From contig CM075978.1 of NCBI GenBank assembly GCA_038087875.1, forward strand, positions 55,924,001 to 55,988,000: a DNA stretch of 64,000 nt. The letters run 5' to 3'. The position numbers were made by a program, and so were the translations under genes. This DNA comes from Malacoraja senta. Its lineage: Eukaryota. The stretch's first letter is position 1. The number at the start of each line of letters is the position of its first letter. The notes beneath the pieces were generated by a model that did not search any database, was not told where the DNA came from, and saw only the letters and a list, made by a program, of their open reading frames with translations. This document shows positions 26,796 to 39,169 of the stretch, piece by piece.

Positions 26796-27182
26796 GCAGT
26801 CAATTAGATAATTGGTGATGCAGTGTAAGAAAGGTGGAAGTAATTCTTTGCACAGTAAGTTCCCATCTGCAAACAATGCAGTGATCAGGTGATGATAGTT
26901 AAGGCAGTAATATTGGCCCAGAATTGCTCCTCCGCTTTACTAAGAGTCATGCAAATCCGCAGTTTACCATCTCATCTGAAAGACAACACCTATAACAACG
27001 GACATTCAGTGGATACTCCAGCATGGGCAGACCTTTGCTCACCACCATCTGACTGAGAGTCCTCTTACCTCTGCCCCAGTTACAAGTGAAATCATTTGGT
27101 TTAAGTATCCAAGTTTTAGATGTCCAGGGTGGTACATCCTGAAAGGAAACGGGTTATTGAACACTTTACTCCATTTGTTTAC

Positions 27183-27426
27183 CTCAAAGAACCAGATGAT
27201 TAGGATGGAGAGCCCGATGGACTGCATGATCTGGGTGTAATGATCCAGCAGTGCCTGTCGGTAACCTGTTCAATGGTTCAGCTCCTCTGTCAGGTCGTCG
27301 TAGTTGTAATGGACCGGGTTGTTGGGGAGGTCGAACTGGATGCAAGGGCGAGGTGAGTTGAAGTTGCAGCAGCTGAAGGGGATGCCATCCATCAAATACT
27401 TCCCATCCACGTTACTCCTCAAACGG
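27183..27426 (-). pseudogene. PRPH2L: Peripherin-2-like pseudogene, coding exon 2
   Basis: ctgcag|...|gtaaac. Encodes [80 protein letters not shown], with an in-frame TGA at 27272-27270. Confidence 0.92.
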
Positions 27427-27477
27427 CTGCAGTGGGAGAAAAACTCTTATGTGAACACAACTCATCTCCATCTGAAT

Positions 27478-28210
27478 AGACAATACAATAATACTTTGTT
27501 AGCCAAGTGTGTTTTGCAACATACGAGGAATTTCATTTGCCAAGTCAGTCATACAATAAAAAGCAACAGAGCGCACAAAATACATTTTAACATAAACATC
27601 CACTACAGAGACTCCTCCACATTCCTCACTGTGATGGAAGGCAAAAAAAAAAGTTCAATCTCTTCCCTTCTTTGTTCTCCCGCGGTCGTGGGCCTCGAGC
27701 CATCCGTTGATGGGATGATCTTGACTCCCGTAGCTGGCGGTCGAGCCCTTCGCATCAGGGCGATCAGTTCCTGCAACGGGGGGATCTCAGCTCCCAAGCG
27801 CTGGTGATCGGAGCCCCAGGTCAGGGCTGGTCGAACCTCTGCGTCGTTGGAGCTTCCCGACTCGGTCTCTCCCGAGACTGCGAGCCCTTGATGGTTGGAG
27901 TAATCCCAGGCAAGGGATCAGCCCCGATGGTAAGTCCCATGCCCCGCGGTGGGGCTCAAAGTCAGTCTCGGGGAGGCCTCCAGCTCCAAGATGTTAGGCC
28001 GCAGAGCGACCAGAGATACGATCCGAAAACCAATCGCATCTCCACAAGGTAAGAGACTGAAAAAAAGTTCCCCCTCCCCCTCCCCCTCCCCCACATAAAA
28101 CAAACCAGAGGACATTTACACAAACTTTTAAAACACACTAAAAATAAGAAAAAAAAGACGAAAAAACAGACTGTTGGCAAGGCTGCCAATCGTACGGTGT
28201 CCCTGGTGGT
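27478..28210 (-). mobile_element. Non-autonomous retroelement: GC-rich body plus Rex/Babar-like tail
   Basis: Tail-like ...cttggctaacaaagtattattgtattg on the - strand joined to a CpG-rich body; no coding homology recognised. Confidence 0.45.
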
Positions 28211-28391
28211 GAACACCAAGCCTCAACTCACTCAAAGAGCCAGTCACTGAATCCTCTCAGAAAACCATCCAGCCCATCTTCTCCTGTTAGTCCCATTCCT
28301 TACTCCTTCCTCACAGCTGAAAATTGTTGCCTTCTGTATATCTAATATCCTATTAATTTATTCTGCTTTCACCGTCCTTTCAGGTAGCACT

Positions 28392-28675
28392 TTCATAGCA
28401 CCATAGACCCGGATTTGATCTTGAGTTTGGGTACTGTCTGGGTGGAGTTTGCATGTTCTCGCTGTGAACGCATACGTTTCCTCCAGGTGCTCCAGTTTCC
28501 TACCACATCCTGATGATATGCAGGTTTGTAGGTAAATTTAGCTCTATATATTGCCACCAATGTAGATGCGAAAGTGGGATTGCATAGAAGTAATGTGAAC
28601 AGGTGATCGATAGTCAGCGAGGACACTGGGCCGAAGGATCTGTTTCCAGTCTGTATCTCTAAAACGAAATTAAAA
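28392..28675 (+). mobile_element. HE1-like SINE
   Basis: ggtggagtttgcatgttctc V-domain-like core and CR1-like tail. Confidence 0.7.
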
Positions 28676-29037
28676 CATTTAACATCTTTTCAATGCCATC
28701 TTTATCTTCCTCTTGTATCTCCAAGCAATAATTTAACATCCCCATCCCTGGGATACTAGCCATCAAAATACTAATCATTTTATTGCCAAATATTTGGATT
28801 TACAATCGGAAGATTAAATTATTAGGTCAAAACTGTGAAGAACTCTTGAGGCAGATGGGAATGTTTTGTGTTTCTTAATGTGAACTTTATATGCAGCAGC
28901 TTCCATTAAATCACATTATATTTAGCAGCTGAAGAACCTATTTCATTTATTGTTAATCTTGTCTCACTCCCCCCCACCAGTGCTGGAAGTGTCCAGTACA
29001 CCACCCTTGCTCTCATTATCCTCCATGCTTTCCCTTA

Positions 29038-29767
29038 GGGGCCTGTCCCACTATGGCGACCTAATTTGCGAGTTTAGAAGAGATTGCGCTCGCCACAAAC
29101 TCGCAGCATGGTCGACACGTGGTCCTATGAGGTCACTGTAACTCTCCTTCATGCTCGAGAGAAGTTCCCGCATACTCGAGGCCTCAGTTTGGTCGAGGGA
29201 CGTTTTTCAGCATGCTGAAAAATTTTCCGCGAGTAAAAATTGGTCGGCATGGTTCTTTTCAACTGGTAGTGGGGTCGCCATGTAGTTATAGACAGTCGAG
29301 GTAGCTGCAAGCAATCTCCTTGGCTGACCGGGCATTTTAATTGGCTCATTGTAGGAAAACCGACCAGTAATGTTAAATGCCCGCAAAACTTTATTAAAAG
29401 TTGTCTGGCTTCTTAAATGTGTCTCCACTCCTTCTCCCCCCCCTTCTCTCCCCCCTTCTCTCCCCTTCTCCCCCCTTCTCTCTCCCCCCCCCCCCCCCCC
29501 GCTCTCTAACGCACTTACCATACACTGTGCCAGCCGTCTTTTACCTTCCTGTTCATCGTGGGTGTGAATTTCAGACAGCGCTCCCCAGCTTTCCCTGGCC
29601 CCCGCCTTTGCGATGTGTTTGTGTGTGTGTGTGTGTGTGCAGACGGTCAATCCAGCTCACGGTTTCATCGCTGACGGTCGATCCAGCTCGAGGTTTTTCA
29701 GGCGAGTGCCCTCGATCTTGAAGATCGAAGACAGTTGCTGAAAAGTTGAGTAAGTGGGACAGGCCCT
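29038..29767. mobile_element. PIF/Harbinger-type MITE
   Basis: TIRs gggcctgtcccact / agtgggacaggccc; flanked by tta and tca (imperfect 3-bp TSD); no ORF. Confidence 0.7.
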
Positions 29768-29869
29768 TCAGTCTTATTCCATTTAGATGAACCAAGTGGA
29801 CCAGATTCTTGGGCAGTCGTAATGGACCTAGATCAGGTACCTGAACATCATGTGTTATGATGGACACAG

Positions 29870-30265
29870 AGCAGACTGGGACCATATTCCCTGGAGTGCA
29901 GGAGGATGAGGGGTGATCTTAAAGAGGTGTATAAAATCATGAGAGGAATAGATCGGGTAGACGCACAGTGTATCTTGCCGAGAGTAGCAGCATTGGGAAC
30001 CAGAGGACATAGGTTTAAGGTGAAGGGGAAAGATTTTATAGGAATCTGAGGGGTTTCACATAAAAGGTGGTGGATGTATGGAACGAGCTGCCAGCAGAGG
30101 TAGTTGAGGCTGGGACTATTGCATCATTTAAGACAGGTACATGGATAGGACAGGTTTAGAGGGATATGGGCCAAATGCAGGCAAGTGGGACGTGTAGATG
30201 GGACATGTTGGTCGGTGTGGGCAAGTTGGGCCGATGGACCTATTTCTACACTGTATTACTCTATG
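29870..30265 (+). mobile_element. CR1 3' fragment
   Basis: gaggggtgatctt...gtgtataaaatcatgagagg coding relic plus 3' UTR. Confidence 0.8.
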
Positions 30266-31009
30266 TATTGATTATTGTGTATTTATGGTTTGTTATTGCA
30301 TTAATGGGCATATTAAGCTGCAGCAAGTAAAAATGTCATTGTTCTGTTACCAGTACACGTGACAATTAAACACACTTAACTCTTTCAGCATTTGAATTTT
30401 ACCAAAAGTAACCTAAATATGCAGCACTTTGAATTGTTTCACTAACATTCCTACTCCAGACCATCTGTACAGCCTCCGTTGCCTACTTCCTCCCAGCCTG
30501 GCATAACTGGGAGGCCGCCAGACCTCAATCATTTGTACCCACAGCAGCCAGAACGATTTACATCTGTTGCAGCCAACGGGAACAATAATTTGAAGAGGCG
30601 GCAGCAAGCCATGGTGAAGTGAGTTGTGTAACCCTTATTGGGGAGAAGGCAAGAGAATGGGGTTAGGAGGGAGAGATAGATCAGCCATGATTGAATGGCA
30701 GAGTAGACTTGATGGGCCGAATGGCGTAATTCTGCTCCTATCACTTATGACGTTATGACCCTGTAATGTGGTTCAAACTGCGTTACTCCGAGTTCCACTA
30801 GTCTGGGAAAGAGAGGATTGAGATTCTCACTTTAAACCCGATAAAACTACACTGAAAATGGAATGGACCAGGAAGAACGGTGTTCACTGATCAGATATAC
30901 TGGAAATATGGGGAAAGTAGAGAGAAAATGAAAACTTGTAACTTCTGAGGTTGACTCAATTTATATCTGTTGTTTGAATCCCCAAGCTTGAATTTCCCAG
31001 ACTAGTGTA

Positions 31010-32420
31010 ACTGGAGGTTTTCCAGTCTGGGTTTAAAACAATGCATAGCACAGAATCAGCATTGCTAAGGGTTTTTAATGACATCCTCTTAGCAAATGAT
31101 TCTGGTAATTATGTGGTTCTTGTCCTGCTGGACCTATCTGCCGCCTTTGATACAGTGGACCATGGTATCTTAATATCTCGGTTACAGCACCTAGTGGGCA
31201 TCTGTGGCAGTGCCCTGGAATGGTTCAGGTCCTATCTGGCAGACAGAACCATGTGTGTAAGCCTTGCTGGTTTTGAATCCTCCTCCGCTCCTCTGTCATA
31301 TGGGGTTCCACAGGGCTCAATTTTAGGGCCCCTGCTTTTCTCACTATACTTACTTCCTCTGGGTTCCATTCTTAGAAAGCATGGCATCTCTTTTCATTGT
31401 TATGCTGATGATAGCCAACTATATATACCGCTGAGGAAGGAAGATGCCTTTTCTGTTAAATCACTTCTGTTATGTCTTGAGGACATTAAGTCCTGGATGG
31501 CCCTAAACTTTCTAGGATTTAATGAAAAGAAGACAGAGGTGATATTGTTTGGACCCAATGGCTGCCGTGAACCTCCCCTTGTTGACTTGGGTCCACTGGC
31601 ACGGAATTGTGAAGCCAACAGTTTTGAACCTAGGTTTTAGGATGGACAGTGATTTTAAATTAGATCATCAAATAGGCGTGGTGGTTAAGTCCAGCTTCTT
31701 TCACCTAAGGAAGCTGGCAAAGGTGAAGCCCATTCTCGAGCGGCAGCATTTTGAAACAGTAATCCATGCCTTTATTACATCTAGGCTGGATTACTGTAAC
31801 GCACTCTATTTTGGAGTTGCACGATCTTCACTGGCTCGTCTCCAGTTGGTTCAAAATGCTGCTGCTCGCCTTTTAACTGGAACTCGAAAGAGGGAGCACA
31901 TAACGCCAATTCTGGCCTCCCTCCACTGGCTCCCGGTGCACTTTCGAGTTCATTTTTAAGTTCTTTTATTTGCTTTTAAATCTCTAAATGGGCTCGCCCC
32001 GCCTTACCTCTCTGAACTGCTCCACCCATACGCTCCTGCCCGGTGCCTCAGGTAAGCTGATCAGCTGCTCCTGGAGGTACCGAGGTCTAAGCGGAAGCTC
32101 AGAGGAGATAGAGCCTTCTCTGTTGCTGCTCCGGCACTCTGGAACACCCTGCCGTTGCACATCAGACAGGCCCCCTCACTGTCCATCTTCAAAACCAGTA
32201 TTAAAACACATTTATATTCCTTGGCTTTTGACACTGCTTGAGACTTTGCTCCTGTTTTTAGTGCTTTTAATGTTTTTAATTTTATTGTTTTTACTCTTTC
32301 GTTTAATGTTTTTATTGTTATGTAATAATTTCTTGTCCATGATTAATCATGTACAGCACTTTGTTGCAACTGTGGTTGTTTTTAAAGTGCTCTATAAATA
32401 AAGTTATTATTATTATTATT
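31010..32420 (+). mobile_element. L2-clade LINE 3' part with (TTA)n tail, in the PRPH2L intron
   Basis: HSTESALLRVFNDILL, LLDLSAAFDTVDH, GVPQGSILGPLLFSLY, HCYADD and LQLVQNAAARLL motifs; ends aataaagttattattatt. Confidence 0.9.
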
Positions 32421-32611
32421 CAACAAATATTGAGGATGATGGCAGATAGATTTATTAATACCTAAGGGAACCATGGGATTTAAGGGGGAGAGATAAGATA
32501 GTGAGGTGGATGAATAGCTCCAGTAGTACTGAATGGTACAGTGGAGCTGCTCAGATATTCTTGCTCCTATTTTCTGTCACCCGTGCCCTCCCCCATTTCC
32601 TTTCCACATAC

Positions 32612-32917
32612 ACCTGGACCTCTTTGGAGTTCATGTCCAGATAGCGTGAGCTGATCCACTGGATCTCGAACCAGTCCCTGAAGCCGTTGTTGCCGCAGCA
32701 GTGGAACTCAAAGTGAAACTCGTCCACGGTCTTCTTGAGGGAGCACCTGCCCGGGGTATCAGTGTCTTTATAGAACCTCATGGCGCGCTGGAGGCCCAGG
32801 TAGAGGGACTTCTCCATCATGCTCCTCATGCTCCAGGATGCAGAGGGTGAAGAAAAAGGTGCAGGTGATGTAAGGAAGCATGAGCAGCCTCCAGCGGGAG
32901 GACATGTTATCCGAGCA
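32612..32917 (-). pseudogene. PRPH2L: Peripherin-2-like pseudogene, 3' part of coding exon 1
   Basis: [28 protein letters not shown], frameshift near 32833, then [37 protein letters not shown]...[29 protein letters not shown]; donor gtatgt at 32611. Confidence 0.92.
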
Positions 32918-34584
32918 CACAAAAACGCTGGAGAAACTCAGCGGGTGCAGCAGCATTTATGGAGTGAAGGAAATAGGCAACGTTTTGGGCCGAAACCCTT
33001 CTTCAGACTGATAGGGGGTGGGGAGAAGAAAGGAAAAAGGCGGAGGAGGAGCCCAAGGGCTGAGGGATGGGAGGAGACAGCCCGAGGGCTGAGGAAGGGG
33101 GAGGAGACAGCATGGGTTAACAGAATTGGGAGAATTCAATGTTCATGCCCCCAGGATGCAGACTCCCCAAGCGGAATATGAGGTGCTGTTCCTCCAATTT
33201 CCGGTGTTGCTCGCTCTGGCCATGGAGGAGACCCAGGACAGAGAGGTCGGATACGGAATGGGAGGGGGAGTTGAAGTGCTGAGCCACCGGGAGGTCAGGT
33301 TGGTTATTGCGGACCGAGCGGAGGTGTTCGGCGAAACAATCGCCAAGCCTCCGCTTGGTCTCACCGATATAGATCAGCTGACATCTAGAGCAGCGGATGC
33401 AATAGATGAGGTTGGAGGAGATGCAGGTGAACCTCTGTCGCACCTGGAACGATTGCTTAGGTCCTTGAATGGAGTCGAGGGGAGAGGTGAAGGGACAATT
33501 GTTGCATCTCTTGCGGTTGCAAGGGAAAGTGCCCGGGGAGGGGGTGGTATGGGAGGGAAGGGAAGAATTGACAAGGGATTTACGGAGGGAGCGGTCTTTG
33601 CGGAAGGCAGACATGGGGGGAGATGGGAAGATGTGGCGAGTGGTGTGGTCATGTTGGAGGTGGCGAAACTGACGGAGGATTACTTGTTGTATGTGATGGC
33701 TGGTGGGGTGAAAGGTGAGGACTAAGGGGACTCTGCCCTTGTTATGAGTGGGGGGATGGGAAGAGAGAGCAGTGTTGCGGGGTATGGAAGAGACCCTGGT
33801 ACGAGCTTCATCTATGGTGGAGGAGGGGAACCCCCGTTCCCTGAAGAATTAGGACATTTCAGATGCCCTGGTGTGGAACGCCTCATCCTGGGAGCAGATG
33901 CGGCGTAGACGGAGGAATTGGGAGGAGGGGATGGAGTCCTTACAGGAAGCAGGGTGGGAAGAAGTGTAGTCCAGATAGCCTTGGGAGTCAGTAGGTTTAT
34001 AGTGGATGTCGGTCAGAAGTCTATCACCTGCGATGGAGATAGTGAGGTCAAGGAATGGTTGGGAAGTGTCGGAAATGGTCCAGGTGTATTTGAGTGCCGG
34101 ATGGAAGTTAGTGGTGAAGTGGATGAAGTCAGTCAGTTGTTTGTGGGTGCAGGAGGTGGCACCAAAGCAGTCGTCGATGTAGCGGGGTAGAGGTCGGGGA
34201 TGGGGCCCTGGTACGTATTGAACAAGGATTGTACGACGTACCCGACAAAGAGGCAGGCGTAGCTGGGGCCCATGCGTGTGCCCATAGCTACGCCTTGTAT
34301 TTGGAGGAAATGGGAGGAGTCAAACGAGAAGTTATTGAGGGTAAGGACCAGCTCTGCTAGGCGGAGGAGGGTGTCAGTGGCCGGGTATAGGTTGCTTCTC
34401 TGGTCGAGGAAGAACCGGAGGGCTTTGAGACCATCCTGGTGGGGGATGGAGGTGTAGAGTGACTGGACGTCCATGGTGAAGATGAGGGGGTGAGGGCCTA
34501 GAGAATGGAATGCGCGGAGACGACGGAGAGTGTCTGAGGTGTCTTGAACATAGGTAGGGAGGGATTTGTTAGATAGGGAGGGAG
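32918..34584 (-). mobile_element. Penelope-like (Neptune) retroelement inserted in PRPH2L exon 1
   Basis: RT (TMDVQSLYTSIP, GVAMGTRMGPSYA) and GIY-YIG pieces; nearly identical to the copy at 1-1248; TSD tgttatccgagca at 32905-32917 and 34585-34597. Confidence 0.93.
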
Positions 34585-34840
34585 TGTTATCCGAGCAGTC
34601 GTGGCAGATTTTGCCCCCCAGCAGGTTGTCACCACAAGCAATGGCACCAACCGCCACCAGCATTTTGGGGACCGAGGCCGTCCCCTCACCCGCCAGCACC
34701 TCCCTGCGTTTCCTCATCTCCAGGCACAGGTAAACTCCCAGGCTGATCAAAACCAGCACCGACACCCAGTTCGAGATCCACAGCACCTGGGCCAGTTTGT
34801 CTCTCCTGCTTTTGGTGAATCTCACTCCAAGAACAGCCAT
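34585..34840 (-). pseudogene. PRPH2L: Peripherin-2-like pseudogene, 5' part of coding exon 1
   Basis: gccATGG at 34840 reads MAVLGVRFTKSRRDKLAQVLWISNWVSVLVLISLG...VPKMLVAVGAIAC...LLGGKICHDCSDN, closely like the RDS2/PRPH2L N-terminus. Confidence 0.92.
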
Positions 34841-35584
34841 GGCCGAGACCGCAAGAAGATGGGGTTCGGGCATGACCCTGACATGAGATCACGGGGTAAC
34901 CTTCCTGCAGAAGGCAAATTCAATAGTCAGGAACCTACACGGCACAGAAACAGGCCATTCGGCCCAACTAATCCACACAACCAAGTTGCGTAAGCAAACT
35001 AGTCCCACAAGTCTGTATCTGATCTATACTCCTCCATACCTTTCAAAGTGTCTTTTACAACTTGTATTTGTTCCTGCTTCTAACACTCTCTGGCAGCTTG
35101 TTCATGTGGCCACCACCCTCCGTGAAAATGTTGCGCCTCTACATTTTATCTTTCTCGCCTTAAACCTATGCCCTCTGGTTTTAGACTTCTGTACCCTGGG
35201 GAAATGACTGGGTCTATTCACTTTATCTCTGCCACTCATGACTTTATAAACTTATTTCTTTGAAATATGACAATGATTTTGTCAACATTTGTTACGTTTT
35301 TTTAAATTAAAACTGAGAATCCCGGAAGCATACAGTGACGCTGGACTACTCTTTTCGGGACTTCCAGAGGTGAAAATCTTCAACAGAACAACCACGATAC
35401 AATCTCTGGAAACACTCGGCAGTTCAGAGGGTGACTGCCGTGAGGAGCAAGTTATCGCTTCCATTCTTCATGATCAACTTCCATGACCGGAGTGAGGTTT
35501 GTGACAAAAGACTGAAGCAAAAGTTGGCGGTGAGGTGGAAAGGTGGGAGAGGGCGGATTTCTGAGCCTAGTAAAAGGCACTCAC

Positions 35585-36625
35585 TAGGTATGTTACAATA
35601 CTTACCTTCAGCGGCGCTGTAATTCTGCCACTGGCCGTGTGCGCGATTTTGGTGCCTTTAAGGGGGCCGGGGTTAAAACACGGGTTTCTCCTACCTTGTC
35701 CTGTATTATATTTCGTTGGAGTACAAGCGTTTGCTGAAAAATCGTTCCTAGGGGCGTTTTGCGTATTTTTTATTTTTATTAAATCGACAATGTCAGCGCT
35801 GGAGTCATTTTAAAATCAGCTTCTGAAGCCGTCAACGCCGACAACGGGGACGGATTTCACACACGGGACAGGTAAACGAAAGTGGTTTATTTTAATGTAT
35901 AAAAGTGCTTCTTAAGAAGCCTTTAATTAATATTTTTTCATGCGAAACGGTGATTTTATTCCCCGAACTAACGGCAGAATTTTTCATGCTGATACGGGGT
36001 TAAATTCACCGCAAATCAATGTTCCAAATGATCGCGTTCCAGAAAACCTCACTCGCAAGATGATATAAATGCCCATTAATTTGCAGGTATTAAACATTCA
36101 ATTCCTTCCATTTGGCCTGTAAATTCATGACAATGAGATTTAAAAATTATGTTATATTGTGAATTCTTGTGTGAATGTTATTTGGACACTTAGGCTATTT
36201 AAAAATGTTAATCTATTCTTAAGAAATTGATAGATGTTTAGATCTAGTACTTGAATTTTGTAATTAGCTACAATTAGGTATATAACTAATTATATGCTTT
36301 AATTTCATGTCTTCTAAGTAAGATTGTTTCATATTTGTTTCAGAATGCTTCAATCTATAATAACTGAAAATTTCTTTCAGTTCTCTTAATTTTTAAGAAA
36401 GTTATGGGCTTTTGACTGTCCTCGATCACAGCTTTTGTGTTAAGTCAATGGAAAAGCAATAGGCAACAAGATGCTAATTTCCGAGTATGAAAATGGCCAT
36501 AACTTTTTTAATACTGAAGATATGAAAGTGAATTAGGTGTCATATTAAACTTATTTTTATGCTTTATTTGATGGGATAAATTGCAGAGTTTATTTTTAAA
36601 ATCTCAAAATGTTGTAACATTGCTA
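35585..36625. mobile_element. TAG-terminated DNA transposon with 7-bp TSD (copy B, inverted relative to A)
   Basis: TIRs taggtatgttacaa / ttgtaacattgcta; TSD cactcac at 35578-35584 and 36626-36632; internal homology to copy A. Confidence 0.85.
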
Positions 36626-37607
36626 CACTCACCGCCTACACCGGGGGGCTGCGGGGAGGGGGCGCAGTGCAGGCAAAAGGCAGTCCATTCTCACACTACA
36701 CCCGGCCCTTTACCCCTCAACCCCTACCCCACCAGCGCATCTGCAGGTTGGGACAAGACTAAATCTAACCAAGTAACAGCAATTTTAAAACCGAGAGACA
36801 TGAAACTACAGAAAATGGATTCTGGACAACACAAACTTTGTGCTGGAGGAACTCAGCCGGTCAGGCAGCGTCTGTGGAGGGAATGACCAGGCGACGTTTC
36901 GGGCGGGACTTTTCTTCAGACTCAAAGAAACGTTCTCTGCCCATTTCCGTCCACAAATGCTGCCGGACTCGCGGCACTGCTTTCTCCAGCACTGTTTTGT
37001 TTTTGGCTCTAGATTCCAGCATCAGCAATATTCACTAACGTCAAGTAACCCTCCCATCCCCTCTCTCCATCCCTCCCCACCCATATCGCACCAGTTTCAA
37101 AGTTGTCTTGTTGAGTCTCGTTGTCTGTAACTCGTTTTCACCTAACAAACAGCTAACAAAATGTCCTGTTTCCTTTATCATCGTTGCTTTTTTTGCATAT
37201 CTTTCATTCATTTGTTCTGTATCTCTCTACATCGCCGTCTATATATCTCGTTTCCCATTTCCCCTGACTCTCAGTCTGAAGAAGGGTCTCGATCGAAACG
37301 TGTCTTCTCTAGATGTTTAAGAAGGAACTGCAGATGCTGGAAAATCGAAGGCAGACAAAAATGCTGGAGAAACTCAGCGGGTGCAGCAGCATCTATGGAG
37401 CGAAGGAAATAGGCAACGTTTTGGGTCGAAACCCTTCTTCAGACTGCTTCGCTAGAGATTTCGGAAGAAGAAGATTGTTTGAAGAAGGGGTTCAGGTCGA
37501 TTTTTCTCTATTTGACCCGCTGAGTTACTCCAGCTTTTTGCGTGTATCTTCGGTTTAAACCAGCAACTGCAGTTGTTTCTTACATATTACATATCCCTTC
37601 CTTCTTT

Positions 37608-37920
37608 CCTTACCAATCTGTGGCGTTAGGTGGGATTTCCCACATTGGGGGTGGGAAATGATGAATTGCCCGAGGCTCTTGCCGTCTGCCCCACCGAGCC
37701 GCGTCGCTATGGGGGTTATTGTAAGATATTAAACAGACCTGTGCGGGTGAGCGGAGGATCCACAGCCCCGGGGACGCTACGGATATGTCCCCACTTGCGA
37801 GGCGGCGAATTCGACGGGCGACTGGACGGGCAGGGGTTAATCAGAGGTTAATGGATTTAGCCGGGACTCCTGTTCCCACTGTAATCCCCCAGAAACAAAC
37901 ACGCGATGTAATCCAGAACA
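37608..37920 (-). promoter_or_regulatory. Candidate PRPH2L photoreceptor promoter and non-coding first exon
   Basis: K50-homeodomain motifs TAATCA 37838, TAATCC 37882 and TAATCC 37909; - strand donor TTG|GTAAGG at 37614/37613; matching acceptor ttctgcag| at 34905/34904 upstream of the ATG. Confidence 0.5.
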
Positions 37921-38139
37921 TTCCTTGTATTTTCCTTTACAAAAATCACTCTAATGTACCTATCTTCTTCTTCTTCTTCTTGTGTTTGAGGCAGCAGAGG
38001 TTATGCAACGCCCTCCAGGCGCTAATAATGTACCTATGACATTATCTGACAGAGTGTTTAAGGGAAAGGGTTTCAAGGGTTGGATGTCAGAAAATCAAAA
38101 GCTGTAATCTAGTCTTTCCAATATTAATTCAGACCAAAT

Positions 38140-38700
38140 CCGTAAGAGGTGCTTCACTGGGTCAGATCTGGCGCTCTGGGGAGATGTCGAGACACAGCCT
38201 CTGAAGTCCCGGGACGACGAGGTCGCCTCTCAACCCCCACCTTCCCCAACCACCTCTCCCCCACGCTTCCCCTGCCGCCATCGTCCCCCCCCCCCCTCCA
38301 TTCCCCCGGGGGCGGGAGCGCCTTCTCCCCATCCCCTCGCATCTACTCGCCCCTCCCCAACACTCCCCCTCCCACACGCCCCACATGCCCCCCCCCCCCC
38401 CAAGCCGGCCCACTCCCCAGGCGCGCCTCCTCTGAGAGGGCGACTCCAAGTCATCGTGAGTTCAACCCTGGTGCAGTTTGTTGCAGCTTCCGTGCGGTTC
38501 CATGAACCTCGCCTGGAAATATACGGCGGCGGAACAATGAAAACACAAAAAAAAATATTCATCGGATACGTTGCAAATATTCATCGGATTGGGCAGCCTC
38601 TCAGTGGGTAGTCGTGAAGCAGAATCAACGCTTCGAGCCGGTGACATCTTCTGTTTTTGTTTCAGGTTAACAGCAACTGCGGGTGAGTTTGGATTTTTCT
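38140..38700. promoter_or_regulatory. CpG/GC-rich island
   Basis: High CpG density, GC box (gggggcggg) and C-runs, unlike the CpG-depleted flanks. Confidence 0.5.
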
Positions 38701-39169
38701 CCCGGCGGGACTTTACAAAGATGTGTAAGAAGGAACTGCAGATGCTGGTTTAAACCGAAGATAGAGACAAAAAGCTGGAGTAACTCAGTGGGTCAGGCAG
38801 CATCTCTGGAGAGAAGGAATGGGTGACCCTTTGCATTTCGGTTCGGGTCGAGACCCTTCTTCAGACTTCACAAGGGTCCGGCCCAGCGACAGCCTCTTCC
38901 CCCCCGAGCAACCTCTCCTGTGTCTGTCACACAGTAATCGGCAGCGAGGGTAGACAGTTCTTCCCTCCCTCGCGTCTTCCCTCATCTACGCGCCGTCCCT
39001 CTTCCCTCGCCGCCCCCTGCCCGATTGCACTCTGCAGACACTGGAAGGAAATGTATCAACGATGAGGTTAGAAGATGCGTCCTGACACCAGGGTAGTGGT
39101 CTATGGAATAATCTGCCAGAGGAGGTAGTTGAGGCAGGTACAACCACAACATTCTGCCCATATCGACAA

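Noticed and set aside
8830-27180. PRPH2L exon 3
   Set aside because: No - strand segment resembling RYLQT...GWLLE found by eye; it may be deleted or too decayed, so it is not annotated.
34133-34873. 246-aa ORF as a novel membrane-anchored reverse transcriptase gene
   Set aside because: It is the junction of PRPH2L exon 1 with a 5'-truncated Penelope insertion; the RT frameshifts at the catalytic YIDD motif.
38149-38562. Pro/Gly-rich ORFs
   Set aside because: Arise from C/G homopolymer runs in a GC-rich island.
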